A stretch of DNA of 64,000 bases, from the NCBI RefSeq assembly GCF_018350175.1, contig NC_058368.1, positions 165,790,001 through 165,854,000 on the forward strand, written 5' to 3'. The notes under the pieces were generated by a model. The model was not told the DNA's origin. It made no database searches and was given only the letters and a program-made list of their open reading frames with translations. The position numbers were made by a program, and so were the translations under genes. This DNA is from Felis catus (taxonomy: Eukaryota). Position 1 is the first letter of the stretch, and the number at the start of each line of letters is the position of its first letter. Shown here one piece after another: positions 13,785-27,599 of this stretch.

Positions 13785-14008
13785 GGGGGCACTTGAGTGG
13801 CTCAGTTAATTGAGCCTCGACTCTTGATTTCGGCTTGGGTCATGGTCTCATGGTTGGTGGGTTTGAACCCCATGTCAGGCTCTGTCCTAACTGCATGGAG
13901 CCTGCTTTGGGTTCTCTCTCTTCTTCTCTCTCTGCCCCTCCCCTGCTTGTGTTCTCTATGTCTCTCAAAATAAATAAGTACACTTCGAAACAAAACAAAA
14001 CAAAAACA
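13785..14008 (+). mobile_element. SINEC
   Basis: GGGGCACTTGAGTGGCTCAGT head. Near-TSD AAAATGGCTTTG / AAAGTAGCTTTG. Confidence 0.9.
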
Positions 14009-14455
14009 AAGTAGCTTTGTTTGTAATACCAAAAAATAAAACAGAAAACAAACAAAAAACTGAAGACAATGAAACTCATATTAATAGAAGAAAGGACAAG
14101 TAGAATAATATACAGCAATAAAATGAATGAAAATGAATGAAAAATGAATGAAAACCATAGGCCTCAATATGATAAATCTCATAAATAATAACTGAGCTAA
14201 AAATTAAGTTTAGAAAAATAATGTGACATCATTTGAGTCTATATTAAAAAGAAAAATAGTACTTTATCATTAAAGGAGAGATAAAACTATGTACACTACT
14301 TCAGATTGGATAACTGCAAACATAATTCTGTACTACCTGTAGATATATATCCCTGTCCTTAAAAGTATGAAAGACATGCATTTAAAAAGGAATCATCAAA
14401 TTCTAATAAGTAAATACCAGCTGAATGGAAGGAGGATAAGATCATGGTGGTGCTT

Positions 14456-14808
14456 TCCTACAGACTAAATTTTTGTGCCTCCCCCCCCATTCTTATTGAA
14501 ACCTAATCCCCTATGTGATAATATCAGGAGGTTCACCCTTTGAGAGATCATGAGGATGGAGCCCTCCTGAATGGAATTAGTGCTCTTTTGAAAGATTTCC
14601 CAGAGAGCTCCCTTGCCTCTCCCACTGCATGAAGAAACAATGAAAAGATTTCTCTCTTATGAACCAGGAATTGGTTTCTCATCAGACACTGAGTCTGCAT
14701 ACACCTTGCTCTTTGTCTTAGCTCCAGAACTGTGAGAAATAAATGTTTGATGTTATTAGCCACCCAGTGTGTGGTATTTTGTTATAGCAGCCTGAAAAGA
14801 CTAAGACA
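14456..14808 (+). mobile_element. MaLR solo LTR (MLT1A-like)
   Basis: Typical MLT1 end CTCCAGAACTGTGAGAAATAAATG...GGTATTTTGTTATAGCAGCC...GACTAAGACA, about 350 bp long. Confidence 0.85.
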
Positions 14809-15109
14809 GTTTCACATATTCTTCAACTGTGGTAACAGTTTGTTTTTCAAAGGAAGTGGAAAGGCACAGGTGTTTGTTGTATCATTCACTGTATTTTTCA
14901 ATACAGGAAAGCAAGGGTTGAGGAATGTTTAAATGGGGTTAAGACACACTAGCATTAAACCAAGAATTTCTCATTGAAGGCTTGTAAGGAATTGAAATGG
15001 GAATAACTTTTTCAGTATGTGATTTACTGCTATCTAATGCCGTTGCCATGTAACAGCTAAAATCACCTTGAGACTTGTAACTCATCCAATATCCCCATAA
15101 TCTGGGAAA

Positions 15110-15270
15110 CAATAGTGTGGATACAAGACTCAGAAGACCTAGGTCCTCTCCTGAATTCTATCATTACTAGATGTGTGATTTTGAGGCAAATCCTTTCTCT
15201 GCTCTGTGTCATTTTTTCCATCTATAAAATGAACTCTTATAGGTCCTTCATACTCTACAATAATAGAACT
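15110..15270 (+). mobile_element. MIR fragment
   Basis: Core motif tcagaagacctagg...actagatgtgtgattttgaggcaaatc...catctataaaatg. Confidence 0.65.
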
Positions 15271-15559
15271 TTCTGATATTAAATTTAAGTCACTTACAGA
15301 CTTCAGAAATTACCCTTTCAGAAAAGTGTTTTTAATGGGAAGAAAGTACAGATTTTGGGGAAAGAAAGGTCTAGCCATGAGGCCTGGATTCTCAGTCTTT
15401 TGTCCTCTCTGGTAGGGCTTCTTCTGTTTCTCTTGTTAAGAATATGAGAGACACAGAGAAGAGAAACATAGTGAAGTCTAACAGAAGAAAGGCAGAGAAC
15501 AGCAGCAAAGAGAAGCCCAGCAGGGTAGAGATGGGTGCTCCGAGGATATTAGTGGGGGA

Positions 15560-15722
15560 CAAGTTCTGGAATCAGCAAAGTTGGCTTTGAATCCTAGATC
15601 TCTATACACAAAAGTACATGGTCTTATGCAAGCTACCTAATCCTCAATGCATCCATTTTCTCAAATAGTCACTGAGATTCTAATACTTAGTGTACAAAAC
15701 TGTTGTGAAGATTAAGTAAATC
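15560..15722 (+). mobile_element. MIR fragment
   Basis: ctttgaatcctag...gcaagctacctaa...ttgtgaagattaa. Confidence 0.6.
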
Positions 15723-16349
15723 AAAAGATAAGCTAGGTTAAAAATGTCTTCTTTGGTCCCTTTACGGGGTATATATACTGGTATGCCCTGAACTAAGGAA
15801 TTTTTACCTCTACTGTACTGTCAGTTCTAGCAAATTGATTCTTCCTTCTCATTTGTTGTGAGAATCAGGCTTAGAGCAGGTACAGAAGACACTGCTCTTA
15901 TTAATATTGTTTTTAATAACCCATAATATAATAGTGATACCAATTAATAAGGTTGAGCAGAAAAATAAATCCTAGAATGTGGTGAGTTGTGTGGGGTGCA
16001 ATAAATGTTCAAAGAAAACAAATTAGGCTTTTAAATTTACATTAAAATCGAGAAGATAAACAACAAAAATGAGAGAGTAGATTGGACTGGTGCTTAAGAC
16101 TGATGATAAAAGATTATTAAATAAATTAGAATGAGGCTATTAAATCACATCATTATGTTTTGGTTATTTCTGAGAATGATAATAGTTGTTACACTGTAAG
16201 TTATAGAACTAATATTGGAAAGAAAGAATTGACATTCTAGGTAGTTGAGACTGAAAGAGAGGAATTATACTTCTCTATGTGTCCATATTTTTTATATGCT
16301 ATGTTCCTGGAATAATTAAAAATAATCAGTTGTAATGTCACCTAAATCA

Positions 16350-16358
16350 TGTATATGT

Positions 16359-16412
<54 letters not shown>

Positions 16413-16580
16413 TTGAGAGAGAGAGCATGCAAACAAGGGAAAGGGGTAAAGGGAAAGAGAGAATCTTACAAAGGCTCCATGCTGAGCATGGAGATTGACA
16501 CCAGCTTGACAACCCTGGGATTATGGCCAAGCCAAAATCAAGAGTCATATGCTAAACTCATTGAGCCACCCAGGTGCCCT
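16350..16580 (-). mobile_element. Older SINEC with a (TG)n microsatellite at its tail (about 16350-16410)
   Basis: Ends ...GAGCCACCCAGGTGCCC; long TG run at the other end. Confidence 0.85.
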
Positions 16581-17149
16581 GTTTCTTTTGAAATTTAAAT
16601 GAAATAATATATGTAAAGTTTTGAAAGAGTTCTAACATTCATATTAGTTCCAATAATAAAGAGAACCTAGACATTCTCTCCAAGTCCCAAAAATCACAGG
16701 TAATTTATCTATAAAAGTTAGGATAACTGTAGTACTCAGTTCATAAGGTTCCAGTGTGAATTAATGATATATGTCAAGCATTGGGAATAGCACTGACATA
16801 ATAACTCACTTGGTATTATTTTCCAGTATTTTTAAATACAACTTATGAATCATTATCTATAATATCTGAGGAATCATGAAGAATGAGGTGAAGTATTTTT
16901 AGGCCAGAGTGTGTGTTAACCTTGTGATTCTTAAGAGGAAAAGATGAATTTGTTAAATATACACCAATGAATCTCATGTTAATATCCAGACCCAATTATG
17001 GAAATGTTTAGGTAAATGATGATTTGTGGACTTTTGGGAAATTTGGCATTATAAGAGTTATGTAACTCTCAATTTTCACATAACTAGGTTTTCATTAGCC
17101 TGTGGAACACATGACACAGTTGTTCTTTTGAGCACCTGGTAGTGGTTCA

Positions 17150-17360
17150 AGTTCGGTCTCTGAAGTGAGACCACGTGATTCAAGTCCTTGCTCCACTGCC
17201 TTCTAAAAGCATTACTGTTAGTAAACAATGAAAATGTTAATCCCTCAGTTTCATCATCTGCAATATGAAAAAAATAAAGGTACAAACTATATTTTGGGGG
17301 GTGAGATTTAGTAGAGGGCCTGGTATGTCATAAGTACCCAGCAGGTATTAGTTTGTATTA
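17150..17360 (+). mobile_element. MIR fragment
   Basis: ttcaagtcc...cctcagtttcatcatctgcaa...gcctggtatg. Confidence 0.6.
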
Positions 17361-19330
17361 TTACTCTTCAGAATTATTATAAAATATTTTGATAAAGTTC
17401 CTCTAGATTTCTGAGGATGGACTGGGTGTGACATTTTTTTTATTTTGGTATTCTTAAGTCTTTTTTGCTTCTAATTAATTACACATTACTCTGAGGTAGA
17501 GCTCTTATTTTCCTTCCCGTCCATTTTGTGTGTTCATCACAAACATATATGAATAGATTTCAAAAACCTAGTTTTAAACAGAGATGGTCAGGTGGTCACC
17601 AAATGTGACTGTACAGATCTGATGCTAAAGACAAATTTCATTTCATCCATTGTCTGCTTAAATTTATGATTGAATCAAAACTAGTTATTCAACTATAATC
17701 ACAGAACTTCAAGGTCCTAAATACCATTTCGAAACTTGTCTTTACAAAATTCAAATGTAATTCTATGTAATTTAAATTCTATGGTGTTTCCTCCCAGTTC
17801 ACCACTTGAAAAAACACCTTTATATAAAGGAGCAATAGTCCAGCCGGCAAGTATTTGAGGCTTGTACTGGAATGCAGCTAAGACTGCAGTTTCTAACATA
17901 TTTAGATGACAATAGAAATTATCATCCATCTGGATAATTCAGAAACTGGGAAAATTACACTGGGATAACATATGTACACTAAAGCAATCTCCAGAAAAGC
18001 AGGAGATATGCTAACCTTAATGTTGTGTTCAACCATAACAACAACACCTAGAAGTTTATGATATAATTGTTTAAGAAGCCCAGAGGTAGTGACTGCTTTC
18101 AATTGTTTCGATACAACTAAGATAACCCCCCAAACAAAATACTTTTATATTTTTTCCACTTTTATATTTACCTTTTGGTAGCCTGCTGGGTGACTAAATC
18201 AAGAACTTTTTCTCAGAAGCAAATCAAAATTGCTACGTGTGAATTTTTAATTTTCCAGTTCCAAAGTTTAGAAGAACCAATAAGCATACAATCAATTTTA
18301 ATTTAAATTGAAACCCACTGCTGTATTTACTGTAGATGGTCTTTCAGGGAACTGAATCTAATATAATTTCTTCACTTATCTAATCATATTGAAGGGATGT
18401 TTTGGCCAACCTGTTACAAGGAGAATACATAATGAAATGGGAAGAGATGATGTTATGTTTTACGATGTTTCATATTGTTCTGTTATTCTTCGATTGTGAG
18501 AAGTAGTGAGTCATTTGGATTAAACATGTCAGAGTGTGTAATGACTGCTGATAACAGTAGGGAAAAAAAAAAAAAGCACCTGACATTGTGGCTATGAATG
18601 GAGGCATAGAGAACTGTGGGAGAGTTGTTACATAACCCCACATGCAGTGTACTTACTGCCCAGCTTTCGGGGGCATTATCAAATAAAGTATAATGTGAAG
18701 CCCCTGCCCCGCCATGAAGTATGAATATGATAGGGTATCTCTATATCCATGCTCTAACAAACTGTTTCAATAGGAAGCCAGAAAATACGTTATCCTTTTG
18801 TACTTAAGTGTGTCCTAGAGCCTTTCAGCAATAAAGTACTATATAATACTTAAAATACTATAAAGAGAGGCTCAATTTCAAAACTCCAAAAACTTTGAAA
18901 CGTTTCTAATGGAACGACTGGGTAACCTACCATTTAGAAAGAAATGATAGATGAATCAATAGATAGATAGAGACCTAGAATAAATGATGGTGGTTCTCAG
19001 CGCTTGTCATCATTGCTCACTAGACGGAAAGTAGGATTGAAAGTGTATACCTCAATGACTGCATATACAATCACAGAGTCATAATTCTGTTTCCTTCCCT
19101 GATTTGCTATGTACTTGTCCACAAATCACATACCTTGTAAATTTGATCATTTTCACACTGGGATTAACTGGTAATACACATAAAATGACAAAGCTATATT
19201 CATAAAATACTTCATTTATTTGAACATTTACTTTATCTGTGCACTTTGCACTTTTATACAAGAACAAAATTCTATGGAAACATTTAATTTCTTTGAAAAA
19301 TAAACTTTAATTAAAAAAAAAGGGGGGATA

Positions 19331-19531
19331 GGGGCACCTGGTTGGCTCAGTCAGTTAAGCACCTGACACTTGATGGCTCAGTTCATGATCTCACAGTGGT
19401 AAGACTGAGCTCACACTAGGCTCCTCGCTGAGTGCAGGGCCTGCTTGGGATTCTCTCCCCCCCTCTACCTGTCCCCTCACTTTAGTGCCCTCTCTCTCTC
19501 TATATAAAAATAAAAAAAATAATTTTAAAAA
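19331..19531 (+). mobile_element. SINEC
   Basis: GGGGCACCTGGTTGGCTCAGTCAGTTAAGC head and an A tail. Confidence 0.92.
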
Positions 19532-20354
19532 GTAAAAATAGGGATATTAGGTTTAAATTAGCAACAGGCACAACTTTAAAACTACACAATGAGCTACATA
19601 TCAGGCTACTTGTTTTATTCTTCTTAAAAATGATTTGAGTCACAAAAAGCTTGGTTTAGGATTCTGTAATGAACCAATCTCAAGGGTTTCTACTCTCTGA
19701 AATTCATCCAGAAATTCTCTGGCATTCCTATTTCACTCTGCCACAGTTTTAACATTCCTTATCAGAGTTTTCCCTCACCAAACATCTCAGGAAACACAGT
19801 GTAGGGGAATTAAGGTGCAGTGTCTGGAGACCAGACCTAGAGCACTAAGGAAAAGGGATTTGGGAAGGAAAGAAAGTCAGGGAAGGCTAGGGTAGATGTG
19901 AGCGCTATGTATATTTTGAATAGTTATCCTGTAATTATATTGTATTGTGGGTACACTTCATCTTGTGTTTGATATATTATTCCAGATGTTTTATTTTCAG
20001 GCAGGGCTTTTCTTAAGAAAAGTATTTCAGGGAATCTCTCTTACTCTATTCCTTTCTCCAAGTCTCATTAGGGAACTGGTTTCCAGTAACGGTGGAGTTT
20101 TGAAGAGGAAGCTGGGGATTTTTTTCCCCCATAAAGGATGTGAGGTGAGAGAAAATAGATGTTATAATTCAGCTTCGGTTATATTGCTTTTGTAGATATT
20201 GATGAAAAATGGATTTGCAGGAAACACAACTTCCTTTTTCTCTCTTTATGCTGTATAGTGGTGGGAAGGATGAGAATGAATTGGAAGGTGCTCTAAAAAA
20301 GCTTCTGAATAAATGTTACAATGTGAATGAAGCTCCAAATAATTAACTTAATTT

Positions 20355-20650
20355 TAGAAACAGTTAAAAAATGTACATATTGAGTGATTCTACTGATATA
20401 AAATTAGAGGCAATGCAATCTAACATACAGTATCAGAAAGCAGATCTGTGGTTTCCTGGGGACAGGGAAGAGTGTTAGGGAAGGAGAGAGAGAGGGATTA
20501 CAAAGGGGCGGGATATATTTTGAGGGATGATGAGTATGTTAATTACAGTGGTTTTTTTGCCAATTTCACAGGCTTATACATGTATCAAAACTAATCAAAT
20601 TACATTTTAAATTTATCTACTTTATTGTATGTCAATTTTATCTCAGTTCA
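20355..20650 (+). mobile_element. Old L1 3'-end fragment (L1ME/MC-like)
   Basis: cagaaagcagatctgtggtttcctgggg...tcaaaactaatcaaatt...ttattgtatgtcaatt; a similar sequence lies at 60040-60250. Confidence 0.75.
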
Positions 20651-21604
20651 GATAAAATACAAATAATAGATACTAAGGAATTGAAAACAAATTAAAGAAT
20701 AGTAGAAATAATTACAACAAATACTTTGTATGCCTGGCTTTTGAAATGTATGAAACGACCCAAAACAGAAAACTGACGCTTTTCTGTTATTCAAACACTG
20801 TTTCAAGACCTTTCACCCCCATCCCAACACCCCCAAGATATTGCTTCTCATATTAACATGAAAATACAAGTATTTACAACCAAAATCATACTGTAAATAA
20901 CGTTATGAATTCAGTGGTTTAACTATGCTTTTAGAACAGTTTTTATATTTCATTTTAACATTTTAATGGCTGGTTTAACTAGTTTAAATTTATTACACAT
21001 AATGATAATTGTGGATCTCTTATTATTCTACAAAATTGCCTCTACTTCTCTATCTCTTTAGCCTCTAAAATATACTCATAGAAAACCTATATTTTATTTA
21101 CCTTTCTGCTATAGAACTTTTCTGTCAGACTTTCCCTAATCACATCTGAAAAGTATTTATAACTGGATTATCAGTCAAATTTTGGTAACTTCAAAACTAA
21201 AAACCACTGAGTAGAAAATCAAACTTGCTTCAGTGTCATTTCAAATTAGGCTATTAAAGTTTCCTTCTATTGTTGTTCATATGCTTTTTTCTGTATGGTT
21301 TTTAAAGTAATGTTTTGGAGCACAGTACGAAAATCTTTTGTCATTTCAATGTATCAGAAATAAACGTTTAAGTCGAATCATCCAAATATATAAACTTTTC
21401 ATAGAAGAGGAGTGTGTGTGTGTGTTTGTGTATATAATTAATTTTTTTGCACTCTTGAATTTTGAATTTATTAGTAATTTATGGCTGGTGCTGTCCTTCC
21501 ATTGGTTGCCATCAAGTCTAAAGGGGCATTCAAATAATATTCTAAAAAGATATGAGAGGTATTGACTTAGAAACTTAGGACCCATTAAATCAAATGCCTT
21601 ATTG

Positions 21605-21750
21605 TTTAGAGCAATTTGGTCCCCTGACCAGCAAAATTAGCATTACCTGGAAATTTGTTAGAAATGCAAATTCTTGAGTTCCACCCTAGACCTACAAAAC
21701 CTCTGTGCTTTAACTAACCATCCAGGTGATTTTGATTTGCAAACTTAGAG
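21605..21750. mobile_element. MER5A-like hAT-Charlie MITE
   Basis: accagca...agcattacctggaaatttgttagaaatgcaaattctt...ccaggtgattttgat. Confidence 0.75.
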
Positions 21751-23318
21751 TCATTTTCCTAGAGGAACACCTTCACTGTCAATTTTTTTTTTCTTTTGGA
21801 AAAAAAAAAGAAAAGAAAATGGTAGCAATCTGTGGCAAAAATTAAGACTCTGGTCTCAATGGAGAACTCGTACCCACATGCATGTGTGCACTCACCCACA
21901 CAGATCTTCACAATTACCAAATACAAAGTAAGAATCTTTTTAATGTTTGTTGCCAAGGGCAGGGACAATTACTTTCTCATTCAGGATTTGAACTTAATCA
22001 TTGTTTGCCTTTGACATTTTAATAGATTAAACTTGAATGAGAATCTCGAAGCAGCAATTCCAAGAGTTCAGCCTAAAAGAATTCATCTCTTTGGGAAGAT
22101 ATCTAAGCAACACAAAGTTTGTCTCAGATGAAATACACAAAAAAGAAAACTTCCACGGCTTCAAATTTCGACAGTTCTTTTTCAACAATGCACGGTAAAA
22201 ATGCAGAACACGGAGGTGAAACAATTGGAACTCATATCAGAATAGATCAGCATGTTGCAGAGACTGAGAAAATACTACAAGCTCCCAGCTGGGAAAACTT
22301 GTAATTGCAACCAGCCAGAACATTGATATAGAGATAGCAAAATTACTAACAAGGGAAAAAGAAAATTTAGGAGACAAATAGAGGAAGCGTTTTCCTATGT
22401 ATGACAGGAACCCTAGTAAATATGACAAAGTGCTCGTCATGAGCAGAATGTTGAACTGGCGTGAAGAAAATATAAAATTGATTACTACAATGACAAGCCA
22501 CATAAAATGCCATAATAACAGCACAGGAACTCATTTCAAATAAAAGTGAAATAAAAACACTCTCCCAAATTAAGGGGGAAAATGTGAACAAAACTAAACT
22601 TCTTGCTTTGGGCAATTCTGTAACCATTGTCAAAAGCAATCAAGACTAATGGTAACATTATCATAACAGAAGAATGCTTATGGCTCTAGGGATTTCTTCA
22701 ATATACACATCTATAGCCCCAGCTCCGGTAACTTCGGAAAAGCAGCAATCTAGGAGCTAATACCCCATTACAGTAGAATTTGAACAAAGCTATGTCATGA
22801 ATTCATTTCTAAGCCAAGAAGTACCTCTGCCTTGATTCAGGCATACCAAAATACAGGAAGACAGAAATATACTTAGGTTAACATATTCAGGACATTATAC
22901 ATATTGATGTCAACTCAAAAATTTATCAGTGTACTTGGTTATTACCCATGAAGTTTTGTTCTAAAGTCTGAGAATTAAAGGGATCGGGAAGACTCTAGAT
23001 CTCATTTGCAATGGTTATCCCAGAAAAACTGTTCAGCTGCAAAAAAACAGGAAGCACTCTAAGTGATGCTAAATAAATAAACAAAAGTCTGGGGAATATG
23101 AGGACTCATATTATACTTAGAACCGTTTACTCTAACCAGCCAGACTCTTTTGGACAACACACCCATGTTAGAAGAAAACCATGGTACAGTTTCCAGGCAA
23201 AGGGTATATAAAGCACTTTCAAAGTGCACAGAATAATACTCACCATGATACGTGAGATAGTTCTCGTTGAGAGAGGTGCTCCTAGGGGTCAACATTCTCC
23301 ATGATTCAAAAACCAACA

Positions 23319-23553
23319 GGGGCGCCTGGGTGGCGCAGTCGGTTAAGTGTCCTACTTCAGCCAGGTCACGATCTCGCGGTCCGTGAGTTCGAGCCCCGCG
23401 TCGGGCTCTGGGCTGATGGCTCAGAGCCTGGAGCCTGTTTCCGATTCTGTGTCTCCCTCTCTCTCTGCCTCTCGCCCGTTCATGCTCTGTCTCTCTCTGT
23501 CCCAAAAATAAATAAACGTTGGAAAAAAAAATTAAAAAAAATTAAAAAAAATA
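23319..23553 (+). mobile_element. Young feline SINE (SINEC_Fc-like)
   Basis: CpG-rich, near-consensus body GGGGCGCCTGGGTGGCGCAGTCGG...CGAGCCCCGCGTCGGG. TSD AAAAACCAACA at 23308-23318 and 23554-23564. Confidence 0.96.
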
Positions 23554-24273
23554 AAAAACCAACAAATTGGGCAGTAGCCAGGAAATGAATAAGCACAACT
23601 GTGTGGGATCCTGGCACCTCTGTAGAGAGAAGGCCTCTGTGAATTAAACTATGTTCTCCACTACCTTACCTTTTACACTATTATTCATGCTGCCCTCCAC
23701 CCACATTTCTCTCTCACATTTGGTGCCTGTTTTTTGTTTTTTTTAATTTTGTTTTGTTTTGGTGAGGCTATTCCATCTACTTTCCACAAGCATAAGAAAA
23801 CAATCCACCACAATGGTTAGGTCTGCTGACATTTAAAGATACAAAATTCTAAATACAGGTTTATCTACAGGCAGTTAGATATTGTGAGGGTACAGAAAAC
23901 CATTCTGTTTTTGTTCACGATGTATCATTTTCTACCATTTATTTTTTTTAAACAATGCACATATGTTTGTAACTGAAATGAAATATTTTATGGTCACATT
24001 AAGTATTCAATATTCCTTCTCAACTTTATGAATCCATGTGATCTAAAATAAAAGTCTCGTGGTAAAGACTACTCAAAAACATTTTTTTGACAAAAAGCAT
24101 AAGATAATAATAAAAGAAACAAATACACAGGAAAATATGTCCTTATCAAAATAATGTATTAAAACAAAACACATATATTTGTAATAAGATGTTGAGTATG
24201 ATTAAATCTATTTTCATTCCTTAATGGTACTTTTGACTACCCATCTTTGCCTCTGAAATGAAGATACTTAGAT

Positions 24274-24491
24274 TTTTTTTTATAAATTTTTCTTAAATGT
24301 TTACTTATATTTGAGAGAAAGAGACGGTGTGTGAGTGGGGGAGGAGCAGAGAGACAGAAACAAAATCTGAAGCAGGCTCCAGGCTCTGAGCTGTCAGCAC
24401 AGAGCCTGAGGTGGGGCTTGAACCCACAAGCCAGGAGAATATGACCTGAGCCAAAGTCCACGCTCAAATGACTGAGCCACCCCGGTGCCCC
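24274..24491 (-). mobile_element. SINEC
   Basis: TSD AAGATACTTAGAT at 24261-24273 and 24492-24504. Confidence 0.94.
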
Positions 24492-25924
24492 AAGATACTT
24501 AGATATTTTAGAAGATAAGTTTGATGCCACAGATCTTTTCCCCACCGTGTTCAATGTCTTTTTGTTTTTCTGGATTATAATTTACTCCTTCCATATGCCA
24601 CCATTTTTCTAAACACAGAGGAAGGAGAATATATATGAAAAACCAGGGCTCTCTATTCTGTTTTCTTCTCTCTCATAATTTCACATATTTGAAAGAGCTC
24701 AGTTTTTTCCCTGTTGACATTCATATGCATATAGTACCAACATTTTGGAATACTTGAGCTTCTTTCATTCATCCTGATACCCTATTAAATGATCTATTCC
24801 TTCTTCTTCCATCCAAATTAACCGCTTTGTGTATTGTCAACTCCGGGGTCCTCCCAAAAAACCCTATGGATTTGGATGATAGCAGAGCTTTGGAGTCAGG
24901 CAGGAGATCTCCTCCCAATTATCTCAAACATAACCAATGTTCACTTCAAGAAGTTCAAACTATATGAGCCTCAGTTACCCATTCATAGACCAGAGTTAAT
25001 GATAAAAATTTGTGAGAATTAGAGATGCTTCATTCCATACAAAGAAAAGAGAGAATGCATGACTTAAAAATATCTGAGAAGCATTACAAAAACTGACAGT
25101 ATTAAGTACAGTGATACTTAAATATATTAAGAAGAAAGACTGGGAGACATCGGTGAAGTGGTATGCATTTATTAACAAAATTAAAAAAATATAAAACTTT
25201 AAAAAAAAGTAATATGACACATGATATTATCTGACCACAATGAATTACATTAGATATTAATAAAACATGATAAAACAAAGGGAAAATTTTGAGAACAACT
25301 CATTTAGTTGTCTGGGTCAAGGAAATAAAATCAGTGGTAGCTAAAAAATATTTAGAAACTGATGAAAATAATATCAAATATAAAATTAATAAAATATGAA
25401 AAATGTATAACTGCCAAGAAATTTTATAACTAAGGTAATTTCATTGAATAAGTTATGTTAAAAAGATAAAGTAATCTATCAGACAAAAAGCTGGAAGAAT
25501 AGTAGTAGTAAAATAAATCCAAATGAATAAGATGTAGGAAACCATTAGGATGAATTTAGGAATTGCTACATTAAACAATTAAATATTAGCAATTAAAGAC
25601 AGGTTTTACAAATGACTATGGACAAAGATACATAATACAATGACTCAACAAAGACTCACCAAGGTTCCCAAAGGGTATAAAATCTTCAACAGTAAATTCA
25701 AGGAGAAACAATATTTTGACCCATCAGCTTCAGATTCTTGGTGAAAATATAGCCTGACCCAAGAAAATTCCTGAAGTCCCTCTTGGTAAAACCAGAATAG
25801 CAATTAGTGTCCAACATATCTCCAGAAGAATGCCACCAAGTTCACCAATGAACTATAGAGTTTATCCCACAAAATGTATAGTTTATGTATTGAAAATATA
25901 TTATTTAAAATGTTGATATACTCT

Positions 25925-26130
25925 GGGGTGTCTGGGTGGCTCAGTAAGTTGAGTGTCTGACTTCGGCTCAGGTTATGATATCATGGTTCATGGGTTCGTG
26001 CCTCGTGTCGGGGTCTGTTGCTGACAACTGGGAGCCTGGAGCCTGCTTCAGATTCTGTATCTCCCTCTCTCTACCCCTCCCCCTCTCATGCTCTGTTTCT
26101 AAAATAAATAAACATTAATTTTTTTTAAAT
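25925..26130 (+). mobile_element. SINEC
   Basis: GGGGTGTCTGGGTGGCTCAGT head and AATAAATAAA tail. Confidence 0.92.
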
Positions 26131-26247
26131 GACATACTCAAACAAGAGGAAAGACAGAAAATCACACAAGTAAGAAAGATGAATACATAAATCCAAAATA
26201 CAGACAAAACCTTTTTTGTTCAAACTGTTTAAAATTACACAAAGCAT

Positions 26248-26429
26248 GGGGCACCTGGGTGGCTCAGTCAGTTAAGCGACCAGCTCAGGTCATGATCTCA
26301 CGGTTCATGAGTTTGAGCCCGTTGTTGGGACTGCAGCTGACAAGCACAGAACCTGCCTGGGATTCTCTCCCCTCACCTACCCCTCCCCCACTCACTCTCT
26401 CTGTCTCTCTCTCTCAAAAAAAAAAAAAA
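26248..26429 (+). mobile_element. SINEC
   Basis: SINE head and tail. Near-TSD ACACAAAGCA / ACAGAAAGCA. Confidence 0.9.
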
Positions 26430-26632
26430 TACAGAAAGCACACTTAATAAAATCATAAATTCAAACAATAAGATGTATAGAATAAAAATCAATGCAAACA
26501 TACCCCTTCACTGACCCTCTATCTACATCCTTATTCCAAATCTAAGAATGCATTGCAATGAAATAATTATGAGAATGTACAAAAATAAATCAAAAGAACA
26601 ATACTGCTAAAAAAAAACCCCAAAAATATATA

Positions 26633-26914
26633 CGTGTATCTTACATAACAGTGCTAAAGAAGGATATTACTTTAAGACCTAGAGGAAGTGATATGATGCC
26701 TCTTGATTTTCAAAAACTATTTTATAACCATATCTTTTTATAAATTGATTTATAGATTACTATAATAAATATATATAACCAAAACATGTAATTTTACTAT
26801 ATATAACAAAAAACATAAAATTTTATATATAACCAAAAACATAACCAAAACATATATATAACCAAAAACATAGAATTTTACTACATAGTTCTATATACAA
26901 ATATAAATAAATAA

Positions 26915-26981
<67 letters not shown>

Positions 26982-27599
26982 TATAGAACCATATATATAT
27001 AAGTATATATGTGTATGTATATGAATGTAACTGCATGAAGATAATCATACAAGGTAAGAGATTCAATGTCCCTGTCCTTCCTGCAGGGAAGAAAACCTCC
27101 TTATCTTTCAAGGTACCACAGAGATGTTCTGCTGCAGCCGACCCCTCCTTTCAGATCCTTTCAAAAAGCATAGGTGGTGTGTGGGAGCCCAAGGAGTAGT
27201 GGGAAGTTGTTTCTATTCACCAGAATACTCTGGAGTCTGGAAATGTTTGTGCCAGCCCACTGCCCCTTAAAGCAAGGAGTATCAAAACCAACACATTTTT
27301 AACCTTAGTTGAGGATAATGTAAATGTAGGTCACTTAGGGTAAATCTTCCTGGTGTTACAGCCACTAAGAACTTGGATTTCCTGCCTATATTAAATGTCA
27401 AATATCTAGGAATTTGTAAACAATAATGAAGAATTCATACAGCAAAATTCTACACAGATTTAAATGATATATTATGAAGCAATCTACATATAAAAAGATA
27501 CGGTCATTAAATAATTTTTTGAAAATCAAGAGGCATCATATCACCTCTTCTAGATCTTAAAGTAATAGCCTTCTTGATCACTGTTGTGTAAGGTACACC
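26633..27599. mobile_element. Unclassified putative non-autonomous DNA transposon with ~110-bp terminal inverted repeats
   Basis: 26633-26742 aligns to the reverse complement of 27489-27599 with 13 mismatches and 1 gap by hand count (about 87%). TA flanks both ends. Confidence 0.7.
26918..26977. repeat. (TA)n(CA)n compound microsatellite
   Basis: Read directly. Confidence 0.95.

Noticed and set aside
23059..23588. ORFs of 148 aa and 95 aa, and the many similar GAPGW/WVAQSV ORFs
   Set aside because: They are translations of SINEC sequence.
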